A DNA stretch of 64,000 nucleotides from Eutreptiella sp. 'Long Island Sound 2002' (GCA_964036045.1 OZ038378.1:140988001-141052000), one strand, 5' to 3'; shown: positions 39,159 to 52,272, counted from the first letter of the stretch. The notes: generated by a model from the sequence alone, not told the origin. Translations and numbers: made by a program.

Positions 39159-39419
39159 CATCTTTAACACACCTCTGCACAGGGATGGTACTGATTTTTT
39201 GTGCAAATTGGTTTTTATCAATCATTGGGTTCTCCTCAAAAAACTTAGTATTTTGAGTATAGAAACATCGGGTGGGAACCCATTTTTTGACCCTCTAGTG
39301 CATCAAGCAAATTAACCTTAGGCGCCTTTGGCGCCCTTGGTCCACAACTTCAGTGCCAATTTCCATTGGGGGGGGGGGGTCGGCGTAAAGGACCCGGGCC
39401 GGGTGACCCCCCCCTGAGG

Positions 39420-42400
39420 ATGGAAAGAAATCAACATGGCTGCATAACCATTGCCTTCTCTGGGTATAGATAGTGGGGAGAAATCGATATGGCTACATAT
39501 GCCTTCTCGGGGTCCCCTCTCGAGGAGGCGGCAATATGGCCACATAAGCGCTGCCTTCTCAGGGGTATGCGATCGGACAGAAACGCATACATAACCCTTC
39601 TGTTCTCTTCGCTTCTTCGGCGATATGCTTACATACTTTTTTCCTTCCTTCTTCCTTCCTTCTTCTTTCTTCATCGTCGGGCTATAGGATAGGAAGAAAG
39701 GAATGTGCATATATAACCCGTGCCTTCTCAAGATCCCCATAATGGGAACAAATCCATATGGCGGCAAAACCACTGCCTTCTAGGGGAACGCATCATGGGG
39801 AGGCATCAATATGGCCACATAACCCATGACTTTTAGAAGTCCCCATAGTAAACCGAAGTTGATTCAGCCCCAAAACCCCTGCCGTCTCTGGGTCCCCAAA
39901 TCAAGAAAACATCCGCTACCCTCGCCTTAGTGCTGCTATAGGATGGGAAGAAATCCATATGGCTAGATAACCCCTGCCTTCTCGGGGTCCCCATAGTGGG
40001 GGAAAATACATATGGCTACATAAATCCTGCCTTCTGGGGGTCCCCATAGTGCAGAGGCGGCAACATGGCTACATAAGCCCTGCCTTGCAGAGGTGTAATG
40101 GGGGTATAGTTAGGGAATGAATGCATATGGCAACATAGCCCCTTGCTTCTCAAAGTCCCCAAGCTTAACCCCTTTCTTCTCGTGGTCCCTATCGTGGGGA
40201 AGTTGCGATATCATTACATAAATCCTGTGATGGCGGGGGTAGTAGATGGGCACAAATCAATATGGCTACATAAGCCCTACCTCCTTGGGCACCGTGTCGT
40301 GCAGAGGCATCAATATGGCTACGTAAGCCCTGTCTCATGGGGGTTCTTAGATGAGAAGAAGTCAACTTAGCTACATAAACCCTGCCGTCTCGGGGTCCGT
40401 GTCGTGGGAAGACGGCAAACAGGCTACATAACCCTTGGCTTCTCAACGGTATTAGATGGGTAGAAATCAATATGGCGACATAACCCTTGACTTCTCGGGG
40501 TCCCAATCGTGGGGAGACGGCAATATGGTTACATAATCCCTGCCTTCTCATCCTCGCCATCGTGGGGAGGCGGCAATAATGCTACATAAGCCTTGCCTTC
40601 ATATGGATAAAGGATGGGGGGAAATCCATATGGCCTTACCTTCTCGGGTGTATCGGATGGGAAGAAGTACAGATGCCTACATAACCCTTGCCTTTGCCGG
40701 CGTTGCATCATGGGGAGACCACAATATGGATACATAAGCTTCTCTAGCTTCCCTGGCTTCTCGGGGATATACGATGGGAAGAAATCAATATGGCGACACA
40801 ACACGCGCCTTCTCGGGGTCCCCATAGTGCGGAGACACCCATATCGCTACAATACCCCTCCTCTGTCGGGGTACCCATCGTGGGCAACATGGCTATATAA
40901 GCCCTACCTTTCGCGCGGTATGAGATGGGTAGAAAACATTATGGCTACATAACCCGTACCTTCTCGTGGTCCCCATAGTGCAGGAACATCCATAGATCTA
41001 CATGCCCACGACCTTTTCGGGATCCCCATCGTGAGGAGGCGTCAATGTGGCTACATAAGTCCTGGCTCCTCGGCGGTAATAGATGAGACAAAAACAATAT
41101 GGCGACATAACCCATATCTTCTCACATTCCCATTGTGGGGAGAGGGTAATATGGCTACATAAGCCCTGCCGTGTGGGGGATATGACACGGGAAGAAATCC
41201 ATATGGCTTGATAAACGTGCCTTGTCGGGGTCCCCATCTTGGGGAGGCGACGATATGGATGCATAAGCCCTCCCTCGGGGGTATTAAGTGGCAATATATC
41301 TCAATAACCCCTGACTTCCCAGAGTCCCCGTAGTTGGGGAGACATCCATATGGCTAAATATAACCCCTACATGCTCGGGGTTGTTAGCACGGGGAGACAG
41401 CAACATGGCTCCGTAAGCCTTATTGGCTCGCGGGAGTAATAAAAGAGGAAGAAATCCATGTGGCTACATAACCCTTGCCTTCTCGGTGTCCGCCTAGTGG
41501 GTAGACACCAATATGGCTAGATCAGCCCTGGGTCTTCGGGGTCCCCATCTTGGGGAGGCAGCATTATGGCTACAGAGGCCCTGCCCTCTCGGGGGTATTA
41601 GATGGAAACAAATCAATATGGCGACATAAACTGTGCCTTCTCGGGGTCCCAATCGTGGGCACACAGCAGTATGGCTACACAATGGGGAGGTAGCAAAATG
41701 GCTATATGAGCCCTCCGTTCTCGGAGTATATCATTTGAAGAAATCCTTATGGTTGGATAAACCTTGCCTATTGGGCGTCCCCATCATTGGGAGACACCAA
41801 TAGCGCTCCAAAACCACAACCTTTTCTGGGTCACCAATGGTGGGGAGGCGGCAATATGCCGAAAATGAACGGTCCCCATAGTGGGGAGAAATCCATATGG
41901 GTACATAACCCTTGACTTGTCGGGGTCCCGATCGTGAGGAGATGGCAATATGGCTACACAAGCCCTACCTTCCTAGGTGTATAAGATGCAAAGAAGATAG
42001 CTATTCGATCCTTGCCTGCTCGGTGTCCGCATAGTGGGGAGATACCCATATGGGTGCATAAATCCTGCCTTATCCCAGTCCCCATTGTGTACAGGACGCA
42101 ACATGTCAAGCTTCACGCAAGCCATGTACAAGTTCTTGCCGGACTGGACCATGGCACTCTACGAAGTCTTGGAAAGAAAACGTCATCTCAGCAACGGCCG
42201 CAAACCGGCAGTCGATTCCAAGATGCGCGTGCCTCCAGATCCGCTACTGGGAGTGCCAGAAGATGGCAAATGTATTTGGAGTGACCAAGCACACGGTGGC
42301 CGGGCTCCTTGGGGGTATTTGGTGGGAGGCAATGAATATGCCCACGTAAACCCTGCCTTCTCATGGTCCCCATTGTGGGGAGACACCAATATGGCTACAA

Positions 42401-45400
42401 AAGCCCTGCCTTCGTAGGAGTATAGGAGGGGAAGAAATCAACATGGCTCCATAACCCTGCCTCCTCGGGGTCCCCATGGCGCGGAGAAATCCACAGTGGT
42501 ACACAACGCCTGTCTTCTCCGGGTCCCCATTTGGTGTGGAAGGAGCAACATGGCCACATATGCCTGTGTTCTCGGGGGGTACTAGATGCGATGAAATGAA
42601 GATGGCTACATAACGCCTGCCTTCTAAGGTTCCCCATAGTGGGGAGACATCCGTGTGGCTACACAGACCTTGCATTCTCAAGGTCCCCATCGCGGGGAGA
42701 CCGCAACATGGCTACACAAGCCCTTGCATCTCGGAGGAATACGATAGGAGGAAAACAATATCGCTACCTAACATGGCCCCTATCTAGGTCGCCATCGTGT
42801 GGAGGCTGCAATATGGCTACATAAGCCATAGGTTCTCGGGGGTATTGGATGGGAGTAAATCAATATGGCTACATAACCCTTGCCTTCTTGGTGTCCCCAT
42901 AGTGGAAAGACACCAATATGGGTACAAAATCCCTGCCTTCGCAGGGGTACAAGCGGGAGGAGAAATTATTATGGCCACATACCCTTGACTTGTTGAGGTC
43001 CCCATGGTGGGTATACAGCAATGTGGGTACGGAACCCTCGCCTTCTAAGGTGTATAGAATGGGGAGGAATCCACATGGCAACCCCTGCCTTCTCGCGGTC
43101 CTAATAGTGGGGAGAAATCCATATGGCTACATAGCCCCTGACTTGTCGGGGTCCCCAACGTGGGGAGGTGGCAATATGGCTATATAAGCCATGTATTATT
43201 GGAGGCAGAGGATGGAAATAATTCCACATGGCTAAACAACCCTTGCCTTCTCGGTGTCCCTCGGTGTCCCTCGGGCTCCTCGGGGGTATTTGTTGAGAAG
43301 GAATGAATCTACCTACACACCTCGTGCCTTCTTGGGGTCTCAATTGTGGGGAGACAACAATATGGCCACAAAAGCCCTGCCTTTGCAGGGGTACCGGAGG
43401 GAAAGAAATCAATATGGCTACATACCCTTGCCTTCTCAAGGTCCCCATAGGGCGGAGTAATCCACAATGGTACACAACGATTGTCTTCTCGGGGTCCCCA
43501 TTTGGTGGGGAAGCAGCGACATGGCAACATATGCGCTAGCTCGTCTGGGGTACTAGATGCGATGAAATGAAGATGCCTACACAACCCCTGCCGATAGTGG
43601 GGAGATATCCGTACGGCTACACAACCCCTGCCTTCTCAAGGTACCCATTGTGGGGAGACTGCAACATGGCTACACAAGGCGTTGCTTCTCGGGGGTATGG
43701 GATGGGATGGAATCAATATGGCAACCTCGCGTATGCCTCGTTGGGGTCCCCATAGTGGAGAGGGGGCATTATGGCTACATAAATCCCAGTTTCTCGGGGG
43801 TATTAGATGGGAAGAAAGCAATATAGCTAGATAAACCCTACCTTCCCGGCGTGCCGCCAGTGGGGAGACATCAATATGGCTACATAACTGCTGCCTTCTT
43901 GGGGTCCCCATTGTAGGGACACATCCATATAGCTACACCCGCTTTGCCTTTTTTGGGCTACCATCATGCGGAGAAATCAATGTGGCCATATAAGCCCTCG
44001 GTTTTAGGGGTCCCCGTGGTGTGGAGAAGTTCATTCGGCATCATAGCCCTTGCCATCTTGTGGTCCTGATAGTGGGGAAACATCCACATGGCCTAACAAA
44101 CACCGGATTCTCGGTGCCCCAATCTTGGGCATTTGGCAATATGACTACATAAACCCTTCATTGTCGGGGGTACATGATGGGAAGAAAAAACTATAGGATG
44201 GAAAGAATTGCACATGGCTGAATAACCCTTGCCTTCTCGACGTCCCCATAGTGGGGAGATACCCATAAGGCTGCATTAGCCCTTTCTTACCACGCTCCCC
44301 ATCGTGTGGAGGCAGCGATAAGGCTACATAAGCCGGGCTCCGCGGGGGTATTAGGTGCAAATCAATGAAGATGGCAACATAAGCCCTGCCTGCTCGGGGT
44401 CCCCATCGTGGGGAGACACCAATATGGCTACAACAAACCTGCCTTCGCACGGGTACAGGAGGGGAAGAAATCAATATGGCTACACACAACTGCCTTCTCA
44501 AGGTACCTCTAGCGCGGTCTCCCCAGGGTCCCCATTTGGTGCGGAAGTGGCAATATGGCCGCATATGCCCTGGGTTCTCGGGGGTAATGGGTGCGATGAA
44601 ATGAAGATGGCCACATAACACCGGCCTTCTAGGGTTACCCATAGTGGGGAGACATCCGTATGGCTACACAACCACTACCTTCGTGAGGTCGTCATCGGTC
44701 GGTGACCGCAACATGGATACACAAGCCGTCGCTAGTCGGGGGTTTATGATGGGAAGAAATCAATATGGCTACCTAACCTTTGCCCTATCAGGGTCCCCGT
44801 AGTGGGGATGGGGAAATATGGCTAAGTAGGTTCTAGCTTCTCGGGGGAGTTGGATGGGAAGAAAGCAATCGGGCTACATAACCCCGGCCTGCTCGGTGTG
44901 CCGGTCGTGGGGAGTCATCAAAATGGCTATGTAATCCCCGCCTTCTCGTGGTCCCCATCGTGGGGAGACACGCATATAGCTACACCCGCTTTGCCTCCTC
45001 GAGGCTACCACCATGTGAAGAATCAATATGGCCATATAACCCCTGCCTCTTAGGGGTCCCCGTGGTGTGGAGAAAGGCATTCGGTATCATAGAACGTGCC
45101 ATCCATCGGTCCCCATAGAGGGGAAAACTTCCACATGCCTTAATAAACAATGGATCCTCCGGGCCCCACTTGTGGGGAGATGCAACATGCCTACATAAAC
45201 CCTTCATTCTAGGGGGTATATGATGGGAAGAAAACAATATGGCCACATAACCCCTGTCTTGTTGGCCCCATGGGCAGACATCCACATGGCTACATAACCC
45301 CTGCCTTCCCGGGGGTATAGAATGAGAAGAAATCCACATGGCCCTGCCGTCTCATGGTCCCCATAATAAGGCGAAATCCATATGGCTACATAGCCCTTGA

Positions 45401-48400
45401 CTTGTTGGGGTCCCCATCATGGGGGCATGGCAACATGGCTACGTAAGCCCTAGCTTCTCGGGGGTATCGGATGGAAAGAAATCCATATAGCTACTCAATC
45501 CTTGCCTTCCCGGTGTCCCCATAGTGGGGAGACACCAATATCGCTGCATAAGCCTTTCCTTATCGCGATCCCCATCGTGTGGAGGCAGCAATATGGCTAC
45601 ATAAGCCGGGCTCCTCACGGATATTAGGTGGGAAGCAATAAATATGCCCACATACGCGGGTCCCGATCATGGGGAGACAAAAATATGGTTACAGAAACCC
45701 TGCCTTCAAACATGTATGGGAGGGGAAGAAATCAATGTGGCTACATACCCTCGCCTTCTTGAGGTGCCCATAGGGCGGGGAAATCCATATTGGTGGACGA
45801 TGCCTCTCTTCTCAGGGTCCCCATTTGGTGCGGAAGCTGCAATATGGCCGCATATGCCGTGGCTTCTCGGGGGTACTAGATGTGATGAAATGAAGATGGC
45901 TACATGACGCCTTCCTTCTAGGGTTACCCATAGTGGGGAAACATCCGTATGGGAACAAAACGACTACCTTCTCGGGGTACCCATCATGGGGAAACCGCAA
46001 CATGGATACGACAGCCCTTGCTTCCCGGGGGTGTAGGATGGAAAGAAATCAATATTGTGACCTCGCGTATGCCCTATCGAGGTCCCCACAGTGGGGAGGG
46101 GGCAGTATGCCAAAGTGAGTCCTAGCTTCTTGGGTGTATTAGATGGGAAGAAAGCAATCTGGCTACATAACCCGTGCCTTCTCAGCGTGGCGGCAGTGGG
46201 GGGACATCAATATGGCTACATAATCCCCGCCTTCTCGTGGTGCCGGTTGTGGGGAGACATCCATATAGCTACACCCGCTTTGCCTTCTCGGGGCAACCAT
46301 TAGGTAACGAAATCAATATGGCCACATAAACCCTGCCTTTAACATGTCCCCACGGGGGGAGAAGTTTCTTCGGCATCATAGACCTTGCCATCTTGGGGTT
46401 CCAATAGTGGGGAAACATCCATATGGCTAAGTAAACACTAGATTCTCGAGGCCCCACTCGCTGGGAGATGGCAATATGGCTACACAAACCCTTCATCCTT
46501 GGGAGTATATGATGGGAGGAAAACAATATGGCCACATAACCCCTGCCTTGTTGGGAACGCTTCCTGCGCGCCGCAGGGAAAGGGTAATTAGGTTTAGTGT
46601 ACACTGTCGAAGAAAATGACCCCACGGACCATACGGCTTGCACTAGACATTGTGCTTGTTGATGAAATGCTGGGTGTGAACCACAACATGGACCGTCCAA
46701 TGGAGTCGTAGGATGCGCTCCTCCCAGTTCATCCCCAAGTTGGTGCACGGCTCGTGGCACACAACCGAAGTGTACAATTGGGCAAACATATGCTCTCCAC
46801 GGCCTCGAATGAAGGAGTGCCCATCAAAGATCAATATCATAATCGGAATCAAATGCACCATTTGTGAAAGATAGAGGCCCAAAAAGGGGAATGGACAATC
46901 AAATAGCAGGAAAAAGTGGTGTGTGTGTGGAGGGGGGGGGGGTAAGCGGTATGTAAAAAATGTGTGTATGCATGTGGCACTATTCTGTCTGTAGTCTGGT
47001 ATAATTACCCAAACTGAGCGCCGCAGGGCGCACCGCAGGCGCCGCAAGGAAAACGTTCCCTTTGCCCCCCATGGTGGGGAGACGACCATATGGCTACATA
47101 ACCCCTGCCTTCTTGTGGTCCCCATTGTGGGGATACGGCAATATGGGCGCATAACCACGCCTTCTCGCGGGTATAGAATGGGAAGGAATCCAAATGGAAA
47201 TAACCCCTGCCTCCTCGGGGTGCCCATAGTGGGGATACATCCATATGGCTACACAACCCTTGACTTGTCGAGGTCCCCAATGTGGGGGCATTGCAATATG
47301 GCGACATAAGCCTTGGCTTCTCGGGTGTATAGGATGGAAAGAAATCCACATAGCTATTCAATCCTTGCCGTCTCGGCGTCCCCATAGCGGGGGGATACCC
47401 ATATGGCTTGATAAGCCGTTCCTTGTCCCAGTCCCCATTGTGTGGAGGCGGCAATATGGCTACATAAGCCGGGCTCCTCGGGGGTATTTGGTGGGAAGGA
47501 ATCAATCTGTCCACACAACCCCTGCCTTCTCGGGGTCTCCATTGTGGAAAGACACCAATATGGCTACAACAGCCTTGCCTTCGCAGGGTTACGGGAGGGG
47601 AAGAAATCAATATGGCCACATACCCTTGCCGTCTCCCATAGGGCGGAGAATGGTAGACAACGCTTGTCCTCTCAAGGTCCCCATTTGGTGCGGAAGCGGC
47701 AATATGGCCGCATAAACCGTGGCTTTTTAGGGGTACTAGATGTGATGTAATGCAGATGGCTACATAAGCCCCACCTTCTAGGGTTGCCCATAGTGGGGAG
47801 ACATCCGTGTGGCTAACCAACCACTACCTTCTTGTGGTCCCCATCGTGGGGAGACCGCAACATGGCCACACAAGCCCTCACATCTCGGGGGTATAGGATG
47901 GGAAGAAATTAATACGGCGACATAACCCCTGCCCTCTCAGGGTCCACATCCAGTGGAGACATTCATATAGCTACACCCGATTTGCCTTTTCGGAGCTACC
48001 ACCGTGTGGAGAAATCAATATGCCCACATAAGCCGTGCCTTTTAGGGGTCCCCACGGTAGGGAGAAGTTAATTCGGCATCATAAACCTTGCCATCTTGGG
48101 GTCCACATGGCTAAATAACCCCTGCCTTCTCGGCGTCTGCATGGTGGGGAGACATCAATATCCCTTAATAACCAGTGCCTTCACGGAGTCCCAAACATGG
48201 GGAGAGGCAATATGTCTACATTATCGTTGCATTCTCGGGGGTATATGATGGGAAGAAAACAATATGGACAGATACACCGTGCCTTATTGAGTCCGACGGT
48301 GAGGGGATGTCCACATGGCTCCATGACCGTTGCCTTGCTGGGGTCCCCAGCATGGGGAGACAACAATATCAGTACATAAGCCCCGCCATCTCGGGGGTAT

Positions 48401-50690
48401 AGGATGGAAAGAAATCCACATGGCTAAATAACCCTTGCCTTCTTGGCGTCCCCATAGTGGGAAGCCATGCATATGGCTACATAAGCCATACCTGATGGGG
48501 GTCCCCATCGTGTGGAGGCGGCAATGTGGCAATTAGGTGGTATTAGGTGGGAGGGATTCAATATGGCGACATAACCCCTGCCTTCTCAGGGTCCGCATCG
48601 AAACACCTATATCGCGACATCAGCCCCTCCTTCGCGGGGCCATAGGAGGGAAAGAAATCAATATGGGTACATAACCCGTGCCTTCTTGGGGTCCCCATCG
48701 TGGGGAGACAATCATTTGGCTACATAACGCCTGCCCTGGCGGCTTCCTTCCGGTTATAGGATGGTAAGAAATCAATATGGCTACATGACCCCCGCCTTCT
48801 CGGGGTTCCCATCGTGGAGAGGCAAGGATAGGCCAATATAAGCGCTACATTCCGGGGGGTATAAAGTGGGAAGAAATCAACATGGAGACATAACCACTGC
48901 CTTCTGCGGGTCCCCATTGTGGGGAGACGGCAACATGGCTACATTAGACCCGCTGTCGCATGGATATAGGATGGGAAGAAATTAATATTGCTACATAAAC
49001 CCTGCCTTCCGGGGTCCCCACAGTGGGAAGACATCAATATGGGTACATAACCCTTGCCATTCTCAGGGACCTCATAGTGGGGAGACATCGATATGGTTAT
49101 ATGAACGCTGCTTTCTTGAGGTTCCAATCATGTGGAAGCGGCAACATGGCGATATAAGTGCTGGCTTCTCGGTGGTATAGGGAGGCAAGAAGGCCATCTA
49201 TCTACATAACTCCCGCTTTCTCGGGGTCCGCATCGTGGGAGGGCGTCAATAAGGCTACATAACCCGTCCCTTATTGACGCTATACAATGAGAAGAAATCA
49301 ATATACCTGCATAACCCATGTCTTCTCGGGGTCTACATCGTGTGGAGAAATCCATTTGGCTATATAACCCCAGCCTTCTCAAGGTACCCATCATGGGAAG
49401 GCACAAATACGGCTACACAGGGCGCTGGCTTCTCAGGGCTATTGGATGGGAAGGAAACAATATGCCTACATAATGCCTGCCTTGTCGGGGTCACCATCGT
49501 GAAAGATGGCAAACGGCCACATAAGCCCTAGCTTTTGGGGGGTATTAGATGGGGGAAATCAATATGGCTTCTTAACCCCTACCTTTTGGGGGACCCTATA
49601 TTGGGGAGACATCCATATGACTATACCCGCTTTGCCTTGTCGGGGCGAGCTCCAAGCGGAGAAATCAATATGGTCACATAAGTCGTGCCTTTGTGGGGTC
49701 CCCACAGCGGGGAGAATATTAATGGGCATCATAGACCGTGCCATCTTAGGGTCCCCACAGTGGGGAGACATCCATATGGCTACATAAACCCTGCCTTCTT
49801 GGTGTCCCCATAGTGGGAAGACACCCATATTGCAGCATAAGCAGTGCCTTACCGGGTTCCCCATTGTGGGGAGACATAAATATGGCTACACAATCTCTGC
49901 CTTCCGTAGGGTATAGGGAAAGAAATCAGTATGGCTACACAACCCCTGCCTTCTCAACGTCCCCATAGCGTGGAGAATACCATAATAGTGCATAACGGCT
50001 TGTTTCTCCGAATCCCCTTTACGTGTGGAAGTGGCAATATGGGCACATATGCCCTAGCTTCTCGGGGGTATTCCACGAAAAGAAATGGATATGGCTACAT
50101 AATCCCTGCCTTTTGGGGTTTCCCATATTGGGGGGAAATCCATATGGCTACACAAACCCTGCCTTCTCAGGTCCCCATCGTCGAGATGCAACCATGCGGA
50201 GAAAGCAATATGGCCACATAAACCCTGCCTTTTAGGGGTCCCCATAGGCGAGCGGGGAGAAGTTTATTCGGCATCACACACCCTGCCATCCCAGGGTCCC
50301 CGTGGTGCACAGGCGGCAACAAACATGGGGTACAAGGTTGATTGTGGCAGGGGCACACCGTGCGGCTACGTCTACATGGAAAGTATGGCCCAAAAAAATC
50401 GTTGGTAGCCTGCTCAATGTGTTGAGCGCCCGCTCTGCCCATGTGCGCACCATGTGGAGATATCAATATGGTCACATAAGACTTGCCTTTGAGGGGTCCC
50501 CATAGCGGGGAGAATTTTATTCGGCACATAGACCGTGCCATCTTAGGGTCCCCACAGTGGGGAGACATCCATATGGCTACATAAACCCTGCCTTCTTGGT
50601 GTCCCCATAGTGGGAAGACACCCATATTGCAGCATAAGCAGTGCCTTACCGGGGTCCCCATTGTGGGGAGACATCAATATGGCTACATCG
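39420..50690 (+). repeat. GGCTACATAA hairpin satellite, block 4 (about 11 kb, higher-order structure, three inserts)
   Basis: Continuous degenerate units, interrupted at about 42090-42299, 46553-47060 and about 50300-50450. Confidence 0.96.
46553..47060. mobile_element. 508-bp TIR element (MITE-like) inserted into a satellite unit
   Basis: Left end GGGAACGCTTCC and right end reverse complement GGGAACGTTTTCC, with an inner inverted pair GGGTAATTA (46582) / TAATTACCC (47002). The flanks rejoin as a normal satellite unit. The TSD is imperfect (GTT/TTT). Confidence 0.75.
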
Positions 50691-50699
50691 CTACCATGC

Positions 50700-51910
50700 C
50701 AATGCCATGGCAGTGATTATTGCTAAAGTGAGACGCGACCCAACCGCTTACAGTCATCGACGAGCAGTGGAAGGAGAGCGCAGACAAAATCGCGCAGTAC
50801 AGGGAGGAGTACATCGATGTCCACACCCTACAGTTTGTTATCAATGAGCATTTGTAATACGGGCAAAGCAGGCCTGTGACAGGGGACCAGCTGAGCGGCA
50901 AGGAAGAGAAACAAAAGCATGTAGTCAGGTATGGGGTGGGTGTGCTCATAGCTACGGAGAGTTCGTTGGGCCCATGCGGGCGCCACAATGGTCCCCATCG
51001 GGCATTGGACCAAAGGGACCAACATTTTGGAGGAGCACAAGCAGGAGATTGAGGAACTAAACATGCTTAGCAGAACAAAGAATAATTGTAAGGATGTATG
51101 ATTCTCCATGTATTTTTCTCTCTTTGAAAGTTGTATGTTTTTGTTCGGTTCTGAGGTGAGCCACCGAGCTTACTGGTTGGATCCCTAGAAGAGCCATTGT
51201 GTTTGATTGGGTCCAATCATCGCCTTCCTTCTTGCATACAAACCACCGAGTTTGTCAGTTGGGAACCCAGAAGAGCCTTTGTGCTTGACTGGTGCCGATT
51301 TCCTTGACTTGGGCAAGCCAACGAGCTTGCTGGTTAAGTCCCGGAGGGGCCTTTGTGTTTCACTAGGTTTGTGCAGCTTTGGCAAGCCAAGAAATGACTA
51401 AATGCGTTGGTTTGGATGAAAGTTTTCTCCATGGATTCAACAAACGCCCCCTCCATCGCGATGAATTCATGGCAACAATGGCGGAAATATTCATTGTGCA
51501 TCAAAAGTGTCCTACCAATATTTGGTCGCAACAAAATGCATGCATCCAAGAAGTGTGTTTGAAGAAATGCACAACGGAGGTTTGAAAACAATATGGCACC
51601 GTGGAAACCACCACCGTTGGGCAAAGTAAAATCACGGTGTGGAGGCGCTACGGATTAGCTCGTGGAGATAAATTACACCTCCGGATCCCAAGTAGGGAAG
51701 ATGAGGCAAAACTTCCCTGGGTCGCGGGTGTCTTGGAACAAGGAATCGCTGGTTCAAAATGGCGCATCCAAACACAGGATGCACCTACACAACTTAATGG
51801 CAAATGGGATATTTGTGTCCTTGTGGACCATGATGTGCTACAACTAATGCGCCAAGTGTTGCACCAGGGGTTCTACCCATTATCCACGGGACAGAGCATA
51901 TGTCCCTAGT
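50700..51910 (+). pseudogene. Degenerate coding remnant of unknown family
   Basis: GC3-rich stretch VIDEQWKESADKIAQYREEYIDVHTLQFVINEHL, followed by further protein-like frames up to ORF 51601-51909, with stops and frameshifts. Confidence 0.4.
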
Positions 51911-52089
51911 GGCCCATGGTGGCCAATAGTGGGGGAAATAGTGGGGTACCTTGTTGGAGTGGGAACGCCTACGTAATGCATGCCCCATAGTACAGTGAAT
52001 TTCCTACCCTCGTACAGTTTTTCTAACTTTCGTGACACCATAAATCTTTTGTACCCTTGCGGCTTTTCCTACCCTTTGGTCCCCGTAGC

Positions 52090-52272
52090 GGGGGAAATAG
52101 GGCGACAAAACCACGACCTTGTGTGGAATTCCCATATTGAGAAGAAATCGATATGGCTCCATCACCCTAGCCTTCTCCAGGTCCCCATAAAGTGGGGAGA
52201 CAGCAATATGGCTACATAACCCCTACCTTTCCAGGGTTTCCATGGGGAGGAGAAATCAATATGGCTACATAA
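52090..52272 (+). repeat. GGCTACATAA satellite, short block
   Basis: About 3-4 units. Confidence 0.85.

Noticed and set aside
46643-46870. DDE-1/pogo-like ILIFDGHS motif inside the 508-bp TIR element
   Set aside because: A single short match without the downstream LPxHxSHxLQPLD block in frame, and the termini are not pogo-like.
30290-50690. CRISPR array interpretation of the constant-plus-variable 52/53-bp units
   Set aside because: The variable arms fall into a few recurring classes rather than unique spacers, the repeats are highly degenerate, no cas genes are present and the context is eukaryotic.
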